Shown: one piece after another, positions 25,101 through 37,869 of the stretch
How positions within the stretch are numbered: position 1 is the stretch's first letter
Layout: the number at the start of each line of letters is the position of its first letter
Origin: Anthoceros angustus
Lineage: Eukaryota; Plantae; Anthocerotophyta
Reading direction: 5' to 3'
NCBI GenBank assembly: GCA_010909165.1
Contig: MU008177.1
Coordinates: 186,001 to 250,000, forward strand
Length of the DNA stretch: 64,000 nucleotides
The notes under the pieces: model-generated
What the model was told of the DNA's origin: nothing
The model's database searches: none
Seen by the model: only the letters and a program-made list of their open reading frames with translations
Translations under genes and position numbers: made by a program

Positions 25101-26560
25101 ACGGCATCGGGGGCGACAAGAACCTCGCGCCTCGGACGCAGCAGCGAATTTGCGCAGAGCCACCACCGTCTTCCAATCCCAACTCGGGGGACGGAGTTCC
25201 CGTCCATCGTATCACCATGTCTTCCCACCGTCCGCTATCTCCGGGCAACCACCTCTGCCAACATAAACTAATTGATGAGAATAGCGGAATCCAGTCCAGA
25301 ATCCACACACGCCGGGTCCCTTTCACTTGCAATCCAGTGGTGCCCAACGGTAGTCGGCAATGACGTTCAGCCCGCCCCTAAAATGCCTCCTAGGATCGTT
25401 CACGGTGAAAAGTCTTCCATGTCCACCCCTCTCACAACTCTTCCGGTTCTTCTACCGCCATATAAACATCAAAATTTTTACCAATGCCCGGTCTGGTACA
25501 ATGAGAGGCATGATGACATGGGCCCTTTGTGCAAGCCGAGGAGGCATGTTGTGAACGAATAGCATAACGGCCATATGGACGTGTTGACACTGTGACCAAA
25601 GGGGTTGAAGCCGTCATGCATAATGCCAACCTCAAGTTGCGAGGTTCATCCCGAACCCTTCAAGCGCATCAAATACTCTCCATGTTGGGGTGTCTCGCCA
25701 TCATGGACATGTCCCCATTCTCGCTTTGCCTCCCGGCCAAGTCATCATCTGCTATTTAGGCATTCGAACATGCGTTTCAATCGCGTCTTAGAGGAAATGC
25801 CGAGGACCTGCGGGAACAGATCTCGCTCATCAAACCCTTCCTTGTACCGGCGTGAATCGAGGGCAATGGACGCTGCCCGTACTCACCGAATAGAATACAA
25901 TCTTTTCACAAGCATGGATTTTCACGTATCTTGGCCCAAACATGTGCAACATCGACTTTGCCTCGTACATGTCCTTGACTTGTTCGAACGCAAAATATCC
26001 ACACTTAAGAGCTTTAAAAGTGCCACAGCCGACGCCACGATGTCATACATCGCCACAAGACAACACAATGTTGCGCTTAGCCGCTTTCTTCGATTGGACT
26101 TCCTCTTCAATGTGGTATAACGGCGCCACCGCAAGCACGCTCGACTCCATCCCCGCGCCCATCGCAACATCCGTGGCTTCCAAAGAACTCGCCCACCGCA
26201 TATCATCACCTCGAACCCTCATCCATACTTTCGTCGGAACTACTAGTGTGGTCGGATGGCCACCGCCGTTCCTGACCCATCTCGAGCCCGTATCCGAATC
26301 CGTCTGGTGCGGAGACGCCAAGACGGCCGCGCTCTTCTATGCCGCTCGTGTCGCCGACCGCAAAAGCCACCTTAAAGCTAGAATTGGAGTGCATTTGCTG
26401 GCCATTGATGCGAGAGAACTCACGGCCACCGCGGTGCACAGGCGGTGGCGCAGACAGGAATTCTTGAAATGTGCTTGAATACGAGCTGCGAGCTCACTGG
26501 CGGTGGGACAATACATGTACACCGACCGCATTTCGTGGCATCCTCCCTGTGGTCGTGATC
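21700..26560 (-). pseudogene. En/Spm transposase (Transposase_21, DUF4218, DUF4216), frameshifted and partly duplicated
   Basis: YVKIHAC; HDGFNPFG..SIWPLMLFAHNMP; GKNFDVYM; LPYWRHLLVMAPKDVMHVEKN; WMYPVERYLG (~22550-22580); LLKIRWYK..GFDLVNT..GPFVWPSQ. Confidence 0.88.
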
Positions 26561-26880
26561 GTAGGCACGGCAACCACGGCAAAAAGGTGGTACATCCGTT
26601 ATCCGAACGCCCGTCCCCACGGTGTGCAATCATGACTTCATGACCCATAAACACGACGACACGTAGGACTGGAACGCGTTTAAAACCATGGACGGAAGCA
26701 CAAACGCCACTTATGGAGATCCGCCGTCGTGATGACCCATCGGCGGGTAAGTCGACCGACGATCGAAAAGCAGACGGCGATGACGATGCAGACTGACAAG
26801 AACCTCGCGCCTCGGACATGAGCAATGAATTTGCGAACCGAGGAGCCACCACCGTCTTCCAATCCCAACTCGGGCGACGA
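23270..26880. repeat. ~1.9 kb tandem duplication of the transposase core, plus a ~190 bp tandem unit
   Basis: 23270-24790 matches 25195-26690; 24640-24830 matches 24830-25010. Confidence 0.85.
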
Positions 26881-27214
26881 GAGCACGGTTGGCGAGCACG
26901 CCGGATGCACGCAATGTTCGCGGCAGTGCATGCTGGCGGCGGTGGAAGCTGCCGGGCGTTATGTCAAGCGTGGTAGCCGACTCTTTGACGGGCCCGGAGA
27001 TTGGGCGTAGTGTAGGGTGACACCGCAATGGAAAGGGAGGATGTGCTACCGGCTAGCTTGGTGGTCGGCACCAGCGGTCGGGATGGTTGACACGTATCGG
27101 TCATTGCATTTGGGGATGCGTGTTTTGATTTAAAGTTGATTACACACAATCCGAAGTTCGACAACGGCCTTGATCGTCCTAAGCTTGCAAGCAAATGCGA
27201 ACAAAGCGTTCGAG

Positions 27215-30200
27215 GAGGCGCCTTCCCCTTGGTGTAAACAACCTCCTTCATGTCCACTTCCGTCTGACAGGAATAGTGTTGAGCTCATTGTCTCAAAGTC
27301 TCTCTGACTCCCATGTTGCGTCGCCATTCACGTGAAAGGGCACCCGTGCCAGAGTCGTTCCATCTTTGTCTCGTCCAACGCATCCCAATTCCATTCTGTG
27401 AAGTGTGTAGCTTGAGCCCACGGTGGCGCGCGGTGAAGCCCCACATCGGCGGTTGTTCTATCCAAGCAGGCGACTCAATTTCTGCAACCTCCTCCTTGGA
27501 TCGTGGCCTCTGCAGAAATTGTAGCTCGAATGCGGTTCGCCTCTTCTTCCCATGGAGGAAATGTGGCTTGGGCCTGGCACTCCGTCGGCGCCCGGATGCG
27601 TCGCCGCCCGCGGCGATTGCTCCTCCACTTTCCTCTTGCCCTTCGCATCACCCGGGGCGGATCGGTCCCTACGGGAGGGTGGCGTGTACATCGCCTTACC
27701 CTTCTCTCTCAATCTCCCTCGCCTTCAACTTCCGAGGCTTGCGAGCCAATCCTTGCCAATTCTCTCCATCGAGGTATGCAATGGACCGGAATCTAGAGAA
27801 TGCCTTGTGCATCTAGGAGGAGAAGGCAAAGAGCTATAGCACCAATCACCATACTTTGTTTATTACGCGTGACTCGGAAGGGGCGTGCAAGCGGTGACTT
27901 GTCATGTCCGGTCAACGGTATGAGCGGGCACCAAACCATACCCATCCATTCCGCCAAGCGGGGCAGTCATCGAGTTTTATTGGGTGACATGAGAAGTACA
28001 CGTAGTGATCAAAGAAGAAGGACTTTCCCATCCCCGTTTAATTACGGTAATCATATACCCCACATTGTGAGGTATAAACCGTCCCTAGTCACACGGCTGC
28101 CGTGATCCGAGACGGCAAGAGCCAAGGGCGGCGGCACTCCATACCGGTCCTTGATGGCCGACAAGAGGAGAGCAACCTCCGTCCATCATCCTTGATGGCC
28201 ATCATTGTGAGGCTGCGGCCCTCGTCCTTGATGGGCATCGTCGGTTTCGACCAGCAACAACGATGTGCAAACACTTGCAATGATCCACAAAGCGGGCAGG
28301 TGAGCGGAATGTTGCGGGTTCTCAAATGCGGATTCCACAACACCTTCACTGCAGCATGAACTTGCGGGTTGGAGAAAAGGGCCAAACAAAAGTGTTCACA
28401 TGCGGCGCCTCCCGAGCACCAATCCATACCGTGCGGTCACGAACACCATGCCCGCACCGGTAGAAGGGACCACCTCGCTAGAGAAGGAACCACCTCGCCA
28501 CGGCAAGGCGTGAGGATAGCAAGAGGAGCTCGCCGTGAAGGCGGGGACACGCGCCCAACATTCCCATATGATCCTTGATGGCCATCGGCGGTATTTCCAG
28601 TTAGGCGGTGAAGATGGAGACATGCACACACGCCTCGTCTGCGAGCTACCGGTGGATACCCCACGGTGGTTTCGACGGAAGCTCGTTGCGGCATACTTGC
28701 ACATGTCCGTCATAGGCAAGGTAGAGCGACGGGAGGCGCCTTCCCCTTGGTGTAAACAACCTCCTTCATGTCCACTGCCTACGGCAAGGAATAGTGTTGA
28801 GCTCATTGTCTCAAAGTCTCAGACTCCCATGTTGCGTCGCCATTCTGTGAAAGGGCATCAACCCGTCGCAGAGTGCTCCATGCCGTCTCGCCCAACGCAT
28901 CCCAATTCCATTCTGAAGTGTAGCACCCACGCCGCCGGACGTGAAGCCCCACATCGGCGGTTGTTCTATCCGAACAGCGACTCACTGCAGAACCTCCTCC
29001 TTGGATCGTGGCCTCGCAGAAATTGTAGCTCGAATGCGGTTCGCCTTCTTCCCATGGAGGAAATGTGGCTTGACCGGCTGGCACTCCGTCGAGCGCCCGG
29101 ATGCGTCGCCGCCACAGCGATTGCTCCTCCACTTTCCTCGCATCACCCGGGGCCGGATCGGTCCCTACGGGAGGGTGGCGTGTACATCCTTACCCTTCTC
29201 TCTCAATCTCCTCTCGCCTTCAACTTCCGAGGCTTGCGAGCGACCAATCCTTGCCAATTCCATCGAGGTATGCAATGGACCGGAATCTAGAGAATGCCTT
29301 GTGCATCTAGGAGGGAGAAGGCAAAGAGCTATAGCACCAATCACCATACTTTGTTTATTACGCGTGACTCGGAAGGGGCGTGCGCAAGCGGTGACTTGTC
29401 ATGTCCGGTCAACGGTATGAACGGGCACCAAACCATACCCATCCATTCCGCCAAGGCAGAGTCATCGAGTTTTATTGGGTGACGATGAGAAGTACACGTA
29501 GTGATCAAAGAAGAAGGACTTTCCCATCCCGTTTAATTACGGTAATCATATACCCCACATTGTGAGGTATAAACCGTCCCTAGTCACGACGACCGCCGTG
29601 ATCCAGACGGCAAGAAGGCGGCGGCACTCCATACCAGGTCCTTGATGGCCGACAAGAGGAGAGCAACCTCCGTCCATCATCCTTGATGGCCATCGTCATT
29701 GACAGGAAGCAGCCTCGCCCTGATGGGCATCGTCGGTTCAAAGACGCAACAACGATGTGCAAACACTTCGCAATGATCCACAAATGAGTGGGTGAGGGAA
29801 TGTTGCGGGTTCGTCAAATGCGATTCCACAACACCTTCACACCGCATGAACTTGCGTTGGAGAAAAGGGCCAAACAAAAGTGTTCACATGCGGCGCCTCC
29901 CGAGCACCAATCCATACCGTGTGCGGTCACGAACACCATGCCCGCACTGTAGAAGGACCACCTCGCTAGAGAAGGAACCACCTCGGCAAGACGCCGTGAG
30001 GGATAGCAAGAGGAGACACGCCGTGAAGGCGGGGACACCGCGCCCAACATTCCCATATGATCCTTGATGGCCATCGATGATTTCCGGGCCAGCACCAAGA
30101 TGGAGACATGCACACACGCCTCGTCATGATGGATACCCCACGGTGGTTTCGACAAGCTCGTTGCGGCATACTTGCACATGTCCGTCATAGACGGCACAAG

Positions 30201-31440
30201 GTAGAGCGGCAGGAGGCGTGTTTCACTGGAAGACAAGCTCGCCCTCGGATGCGAAGATGACCAAAACAAAGGTAGTAGCGTGAAGCGAGGGCAAGGTGGT
30301 GACATTTAAAGCGGAACACGACCTTAGGCAGCCTCTTGTCCTCCGAGCCACATCGGGTTGCGGATGAGAGGATCTTGAATTTCACCGTTCCTTACATGTG
30401 AGAAAGGAGACATGGCGGTGGCATGGCGGTCATCGAGTTTTATTGGGTGACGATGAGAAGTACACGTAGTGATCAAAGAAGAAGGACTTTCCCATCCCGT
30501 TTAATTACGGTAATCATATACCCCGAGGTATAAACCGTCCCTAGTCACACGACGCCGTGATCCGAGGAGACGGCAAGAGCCAAGGGCGGCGGCACTCCAT
30601 ACCGGTCCTTGATGGCCGACAAGAGGAGAGCAACCTCCGTCCATCATCCTTGATGGCCATCGTCATTGACAGGCTGCAGCCCTCGTCCTTGATGGGCATC
30701 GTCGGTTTCCAGCAACAACGATGTGCAAACACTTCGCAATGATCCACAAGCAGGTGAGGAGCGGAATGTTGCGGGTTCGTCAAATGCGGATTCCACAACA
30801 CTTCACACCGCAGCATGAACTTGCGTTGGAGAAAAGGGCCAAACAAAAGTGTTCACATGCGGCGCCTCCCGAGCACCAATCCATACCGTGCGGTCACACA
30901 ACACCATGCCCGCACGGTAGAAGGACCACCTCGCTAGAGAAGGAACCACCTCGCCGAACGGCAAGGCGTGAGGGATAGCAAGAGGAGACAGCTCCACGCC
31001 GTGAAGGGCGGGGACACCGCGCCCCCAACATTCCCATATGATCCTTGATGGCCATCGACAGTATTTCCAGTTGGGCAGCTGAAGATGGAGACATGCACAC
31101 ACGCCTCGTGCTGCGAGCTACCAGTGGATACCCACGGTGGTTTCTGACGGAAGCTCGTTGCGGCATACTTGCACATGTCCGTCATAGACGGCACAAGGTA
31201 GAGCGACAGCAGGGAGGCGTGTTTCCGCTGGAAGACAAGCTCGCCCTCGGATGCGAAGATGACCAAAACAAAGGTAGTAGCGTGAAGCGAGGGGCAAGGT
31301 GGTGACATTTAAAGCGGAACACGACGACCTTAGGCAGCCTCTTGTCCTCCAGGCCACATCGGGTTGCGGATGAGAGGATCTTGAATTTCACCGTTCCTTA
31401 CATGTGAGAAAGGAGACATGGCGGTGGCATGGCGGCCGTC
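27215..31440. repeat. Tandemly duplicated and triplicated internal blocks of unidentified coding-like sequence
   Basis: 27215-28090 matches 28735-29590; 27965-28730 matches 29460-30200 and 30430-31200; 30200-30430 matches 31210-31437. Confidence 0.85.
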
Positions 31441-32409
31441 ATCGAGCGATGACGGTTGGCGGTAAATTCATGGAGGCGGTGGCGCGGGGCAAAGCGAGCC
31501 GAACACGGTAGATGTCATGTCTCCCAAGGTCCGGATATCCTTTGCGGCAGTGCGGCGCGGTGGCGTCGAGCCGTCACTGGCGTCTGCCAAGGTGTGAATA
31601 CATGACACGTTACGCCATGTGACGCGTTTGATTGGTGGGTACTGGAGTCTCGAACGATGCACATCATTATATGGGAGAACGCGAATTGGCATATATGGCA
31701 AATTCACATACGGGTCCTTCATTCATGGCATAATGAATGGGGCATTTAGTTTGCTTGAATGGCTCTCACGTGCCACCTACCGTCCTTGCACAATGGTGTA
31801 GAAGAAGCAGATACCGAAACAGAGAACGGGCGCGTCCGTCAATGCACACGACCTTCAGACATGGCATGTTTTCTACCATGCCCTGGCTTTTCAAATATTA
31901 AAATGGCTTCACCACACCTTTCTTGGACAACGGTGGAGAAGACAAGTTTATGCGAGAGATAGGGAGCCATTGTCTTTGGTTCATGGCAGGTTGTACGAAG
32001 GCCATGACATTGTCATGGCCTTCAACATAGGGGACCATACATGGCATGCATGGAGGAATGGCAAGCCAAGGTTGCAGGTGGCATAGCACGCCACGAAGTC
32101 TCCCTCCTCTCTCCTCTTTCCTCCCTCCCCACCGCCGCGCCCCGCCGCACCACTCCCCACACCATGGCCACCGTCATACCGTCACAGGGCTCCACGGAAT
32201 GTGGTCGCGGACATCGTCGCATCGGGCTGGATCGGTAGGCAATGTGGTATGCGAACGGGCAAAGCATAAAAATAGCAAATTAACACATGCATGGTCCGTG
32301 GAGCATGGGGTTCTAATGGTCTTGCCCTTGAAATGGCATGCCACATCTGTGGGCATTACCCAGGCGAAATGGCATTGCGAACACTTGTCCACAAAGGGCA
32401 AATTCATCT

Positions 32410-32830
32410 GGCTCTCCAAATGGTCATCCGTAATGGCCAAAATTGACATGAGGCAAAGACATGGTCATGACGAATGAGGAACATTTGTCCTTGGGTCACG
32501 TGATCATGCATGATGGGAATGTATTGTCCTTGGACCACATAGCGGTAATGAACAATGGCAAATTAGTGTCCGTCGATCGAAAATGATCTTCCATAATGGA
32601 AACATTTGTCCTTGGCTTTCAAATGGTCATCCGAATGGCCAAAATTGACTGAGGCCAAGGCATGGTCATGACAAATGAGGAACATTTGTCCTTGGGTCAC
32701 GAAATGACCATACATACGGAATGTTTTGTCCTTGGACCACGAAATGCGCATGAGCAAAGGGAAATTATTTTCCTTGATGCGATATGGTAATCCATAATGG
32801 GCTAAATTTGTCCTTGGATGACGAAAATCG
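32410..32830 (+). repeat. ~200 bp-period tandem repeat with a 'ttgtccttgg' core
   Basis: 'aaatggtcatccg.aatggccaaaattgac...gaggaacatttgtccttgggtcacg' at ~32417 and ~32621. The core recurs about 6 times. Confidence 0.75.
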
Positions 32831-33449
32831 TATAAACGGGATGCCTATATATGCCAAACATGCATGGATGCCATATAATGGTGTGGTGGACAATCGCCGA
32901 AGTTGCGCAGTGTTTTAGGCATGTGAATGCCACATGTACACATATAGGTGGTGGCGCAAACTCCGAGTTTGTGCCCGGTGAAATCGGCATGCATGGCACA
33001 TGAGCCGGTGGCATGCCCTAGGACTTCGCGCCTCGCCTCCCCCTTCTCCTCTTGCCCCTCTTCCCCATCACCAGGTTACCTCACCGCCTTGTCGGCCATC
33101 GTCGAGTTCCTGTTCACTTTGTCGCGGTTATCGGTTGTGCATGCAGTGACTCGGTTGGCCTTCCTCGACCATGGTTTGGGACGTTGACTTTGAGGATTTG
33201 GGTTTCGCTTAAGCTCGAACAACGCCGCCAATCCGGGCCGGATGTCCGTGCCCATAACGCCGCCGGAAGGAGGAGGAGATTGGGGGCCCATCGACAGGCT
33301 TGCGCCCACGCCGAGAGGAGAAATCTTGGAAGCCGGAAAATGGTCCACAAGGGACTTGGCGCGAGGCGAGCGGCCTGGATGGAAGCACGGCGCGGATGGT
33401 GGAAGCGGCAAGTGAGGTGGGCGCGGTCGTGGAGAAAGCCGATTCCAAG

Positions 33450-35600
33450 TGAGAGGGTGGATGCCCATGGCGTGGAGCGGAAGCGGCGGCGAGGTGGAGG
33501 TGCCGGAGGAGAACCTTCATACAGAGTGGAGTCTGCTGCAAGAGGCGGGCGATGCTCGGCCAGCGGAAGTGGAGTGGTGTCTCCAGTGGGGAGCTAACGC
33601 CAATTCTGCAGGAGAGATTCCAAAGTCGGAGGAGGGATCCGCGGCGGCGACATCCGGAGGAACGAGGACATTGGCCTTAGTCTGGAGCTTGAGGGCATGT
33701 CCAACTTGAGGAGCATGGTGGTGGTGCACAAGAGGGTGACCGTGGCCGAGAGAGATGGCATACGTTTGTGGACCTTCGCTCGGTGGCGGACAACCCCAAC
33801 AACGTGGCGGGAGGGAGCCTTTGGAGGAGGAGACTCCTGCGGTGGGAGTGGAGACCTGCTGGTGGACGCGGTTGCGGAGGAGGGCCAAGGAGCGCATGCC
33901 TATGATGGTGAGGAGGTGAGCGAGGAGGACACCGGCGAGGATGGGGAGAGCGGGAGCGAGGAGGAAGATGTGGAGATGGCGGATGCCGAGGTCGAGGAAG
34001 ACATGCCGACTACATTGCCAGACATGAAATTGGAGAATTGAGAGCACCGGCCGGTAAGCCATTAGACGATGTCATAGCCGTGTTGTCAGCTACATGGGCG
34101 TGGTGGCGTGTACATGGCATGAGCCGGTTGCGATGGAGGGTGGATAGAGAATGAGGAGGAGGATGAAGAGTCGTCCGATGAGGAAGGACGAGTGAGGAAG
34201 GCCTTCCACCAGCGTGTGTTGGAGCTAGTGTGTGCAAAATGGAGTGATGGTGCCATGGTCGAGCCACGAAAGTTTGAGAAAGACCGGTGAGGAAGGTAGA
34301 GTATGAGTTTGCAAGTATAGAGCGAGGATATTGTGGCCAGTTTGCGGTGCATCGCGGACAAGGAACCACAATGTGGGCAAGAAGGTGCGGCAAGCACAGT
34401 TACATGGAGGGAGAAGGGAAGGATGCAAAATGGTTGCATCCGCCTAATGTGAGCACGAAGGCATGGAGAAAGGCGTGCGGCAAGTGGTGACGCGCATGGG
34501 GTGTGTGGCCAACACCACGAAAGCCGCAACGTCGGCAAGAATTGCGGCACGAGCATGGGGATCCCTTTGGTCCAGGGAGCAAAGGAGTTCGAGAAACGGT
34601 ATGTCCAACGCGGGAGGAGCGCAACCTGGATGAGTTGAAGTGGGCAGCAAGGCATGGATTGGACAAAGATGCCGAGTAATCTTGGAGTGGTAAAATAGTC
34701 GTTGACGGTTAATGGAATGCTTGGTTGTGATATGTAGGTTTCGCTATGTAGGTTTCGCTATGTAGGACGTGAGTAAGTGATGCGTGTGCATGACGCAGGA
34801 AGAAGGGAAGGAAAACGGTGGAAGGTGAAGGCCCGGTCGTGAAGGAAGGCATGAACCCGGTGGAGAGAAGGAAGATGGAGGGGAAGGTGCCAAGCAGGGG
34901 CGTCACGTCAAGTGATGCCGAGGCAACGTGGATGGTGGGGATCCCGGAGGTGTGATGGCGGTGCCACCGACAAGGCGTATCACACGATCCGTGTCAAAAG
35001 CGTGAGTAGGGTGGCAACCCGATAGAGATTGAATGCTATTCGTTTGCCGTCTGTAATTGTGGAAGTGGTGATTTGGCAGCCTATGGGGCCGAGTGAAGGG
35101 CTAGCCATTGAGGCTAGTGGGTCGAATGCCGCCCACGGTGGACCACACCAGGGGAACGAGGAGGTCGAGCGAAGAGGGTCAAGCAAAAGACAACGGTGTT
35201 GAAGCCGCAAGAGGAGTCCGAGTCGGACGGTGGCGAAGGGGTGTAGGCGCAAGTGACATAGGAATGGTTGGTACCATCTGGGTAGGGGGCCGTTTGTGGA
35301 GGGGAATGTAAATGGTCGAGATGTTTTCTGGACGATGGAGTCGCGGTGCATGGGTGGACCGGTGATGGTCAATTAGCAACAAACAAGAGGGAATTGGTGC
35401 CACCTTTGTAGCCTAGCATTGACATGGGTCTAATTGTGAAAGTGGTTATAGAGGTCATTTGGATAGGTGTAGGAAGATGTGGAGGAACCACGAAACCATT
35501 GGTGTTGGTCCAAGAGTCACCAAGTGACGCCGCGATTCGAGGCACATGTTGGTGGTGCACGACATATGCCCATATCACGTGGAGTTCGTATTGCATCGTG
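33450..35600 (+). pseudogene. Second TnpA/ORF2-like remnant, opposite strand, tentative
   Basis: An acidic tract (EEVSEEDTGEDGESGSEEED) followed by WLHPPNVSTKAWRKACGKW and HGDPFGPGSKG, resembling Transposase_24-type motifs. Confidence 0.4.
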
Positions 35601-36446
35601 GAAACAAAGTGCAAGGGATAGAGGACGATTGAAGTGTCCAAAAATTTGATTTAAATTGTCAATAAAATCAAACACTTAGATATGTAAGGTATGAGAGTGA
35701 CGTAAGGGTTAGCACATATATATTATTATATAAACAAGTCTTGATGCCTATATACGTGCATACATCGTATACAAAGAGGCTGTAAATACACTAATATAAT
35801 AGAAGTATAACGGATGGATGTGTACATATAAAGCGTACACATACTTATGTCTTGAAGCCTACAAACATATATATGTATATTGAGTATATGCAAAGGAGGT
35901 AAAAGGAAGGAAGAAAGAGGCGGAGAGTCATTGTAACAAGCAAGTTGAAAGAGGAATAGTGGAAGAGTATAAAATGGTGATAGGGGAGGTCCTTCTCACA
36001 TGAAGGAGGAGGAGAAGTGAAAGAGTATAAAAGGGTGTGATAAGGGGCAATAAATAGGAGGGTGAGGGAGAGGAGAGAGACCAAGTATTGTGTTAAGATG
36101 GGGTGAGAAGTGGATAAGAAAAGGACACCTTGAACACCAAGCCACCATAAAGTGTTGCAATATTGAAGTGGTACATGAAGTGAGAGACCAAGCATTGTGT
36201 TAGGATGGTGGGAGAAGGAAGAGAAAGAATGGACCAACTTAACACCAAGCCATCAAACCATCTGGAAGTTGGAAGTGGAAATTATTAACAATGCTTGTGA
36301 GAGGGGTGTACCCGGAAGGGGAGGGGAAGAGATAGTGTCGTTCGTGTTAAGATGGGGTGCACCAAACGGGAGAACTAACAAACTTAATACCAACCCTCCA
36401 AAACATGTTGCAATGTGGAAGTGTAACAAAAAATTGCAACATCCAC

Positions 36447-36476
36447 TGTAACATAGGGTGCCCTTTTCTAGTAGGG
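36447..36476 (-). repeat. Right TIR (30 bp)
   Basis: tgtaacatagggtgcccttttctagtaggg, followed by the TSD ata. Confidence 0.95.
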
Positions 36477-36693
36477 ATAGAGCTTGTCTGTGTCTTGTTG
36501 CGCTGTGCAAGAAAGCGGCCAACCACTAAATGTGGCTTGGGAGCCTGGTAGAAGTAATCACTATTCCTTTGCGCCTGACTCAGGGAACGCGATTGCTAGC
36601 CAGAGTTGCGTCTCGGCATCCTCAAAGATTCAACTAGAATTGTGCACCGAGCTCTCTGTTAGTTGTGCAGCGGAAACTAGTTTGGTAGGCTAG

Positions 36694-37254
36694 TGTCGCA
36701 CGAGGTAAGCACTTGAATTCATGTAAGCACTTCCTCAACAAACAACCAAGCAAAACAAATCTAATATGCAAGTAAAGGTGCAAACCAATGAACAATAGGA
36801 GGGAGTAGCTCGCACGTCGTGGCACAAATACACATTTCCCACGAGAACAACACGCAAATTCCTCACACATCGCTCTCGGAGTCCTAGCTTTGGCCTCCTC
36901 ACAACACTCTTGCATTGCACATCTAGAGGACAAGCTATGATATGAACTTGTCCTCCGTGAAAGGGTCTATATATACTAGCCCTTGGCATCGTCATATTCC
37001 TAAGATATCCTATTGGCATCAGAATATGCCGGAAATATCCTAAGAATACACTATAATATGCAAGGAATATGCTTAAGCATATTACTTGAGCTTATCCACT
37101 TAGCTATTTCTAATCATGTTAATTAACACTAATAAATGCTTAATTAACATAAGTATTTTAGATTAATTAACACTAATTACTTACTTGAAGATAAGTAATT
37201 ATATTAATTAATGCTAATCAAACACTAAACCCAAGTGCAAATATTAGTATCACA
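36694..37254 (-). mobile_element. Full-length ~560 bp LTR (solo-like), same family as 9311-9762
   Basis: TGT...ACA termini and an internal ctatatata box. Both ends match the pieces at 9670-9762 and 9311-9662. No clean 4-6 bp TSD (gctag vs tagcg). Confidence 0.75.
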
Positions 37255-37264
37255 TAGCGTAACA

Positions 37265-37860
37265 TTGGGAATTCCAGTAGATGGATGTTTGCACAACCTT
37301 TTTATATGGCATCCTTGACGAGGATTTGTAGGACATTTGAGTAGCTGGAGAATCGCACACCCGCGATTATGTTTGTTTACTTATCAAATGCTTGTATGAA
37401 TTAAAGCAAAGTGCAGAAAGATGATACTTAAGCGATGTGATAAGGCCATCTAAGTACTTGGTTTTTGACAGTGCAAGGCTGTCCAATGTTTATGTTTTCC
37501 AAGATGGGTCCTCCTTTGTTATTCTCGCTCTCTACGTTGATGACCTTATCCTTGCTGCTAACAGCTCAACCTTGTTCATACATGTCAAGGGTATGTTACA
37601 TCAGACTTTTGAGATGACAAATAGTGGGGACCTGCAATTCTATCTAAGCATCCAGATCTTACGAGTCAGATATGAAGGCCTGCTAATTATTCATCAACAT
37701 AAATATATTGCTAAGATTTTTACAAGTTTGACATGGCACATTTCATCCGCTTCTACTCTAGGAGTCAGGAGTTAAGCTTACCCGCTATGAATCTCCGCTA
37801 TTAAAGTCGATAAGTCGACATGCAGGATATTCCATATCGATATGAAGCGTTATGCTTGCG
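37265..37860 (+). pseudogene. Ty1/Copia reverse transcriptase remnant
   Basis: WEFQ*MDVCTTFLYGILDEDL; IKCLYELKQSA; ILALYVDDLILA; FEMTNSGDLQFYLSIQI; HQHKYI. Confidence 0.88.
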
Positions 37861-37869
37861 TCACAAATA

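Larger units (their letters stand above)
14941..36476 (-). mobile_element. CACTA/EnSpm (CMC superfamily) DNA transposon, 21.5 kb, with CCCTA termini
   Basis: Perfect 30 bp TIRs CCCTACTAGAAAAGGGCACCCTATGTTACA (14941-14970, reverse complement at 36447-36476). 3 bp TSD ATA at 14938-14940 and 36477-36479. Subterminal tgttaca/tgttgcaa motifs and internal En/Spm transposase fragments. Confidence 0.93.

Noticed and set aside
28395-28430. MDWCSGGAAC as a SAM-binding motif of an N4/N6 methyltransferase in the CACTA cargo
   Set aside because: Only a weak resemblance to D-x-F-x-G-S-G, no DPPY/SPPY motif found, and the frames are unreliable.
9311-37254. Treating the two related LTRs as the paired ends of one 28 kb Gypsy element
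   Set aside because: No PBS beside 36694, no Gypsy gag between them, the left LTR is truncated so a TSD cannot be tested, and the right LTR appears inserted in a different LTR.
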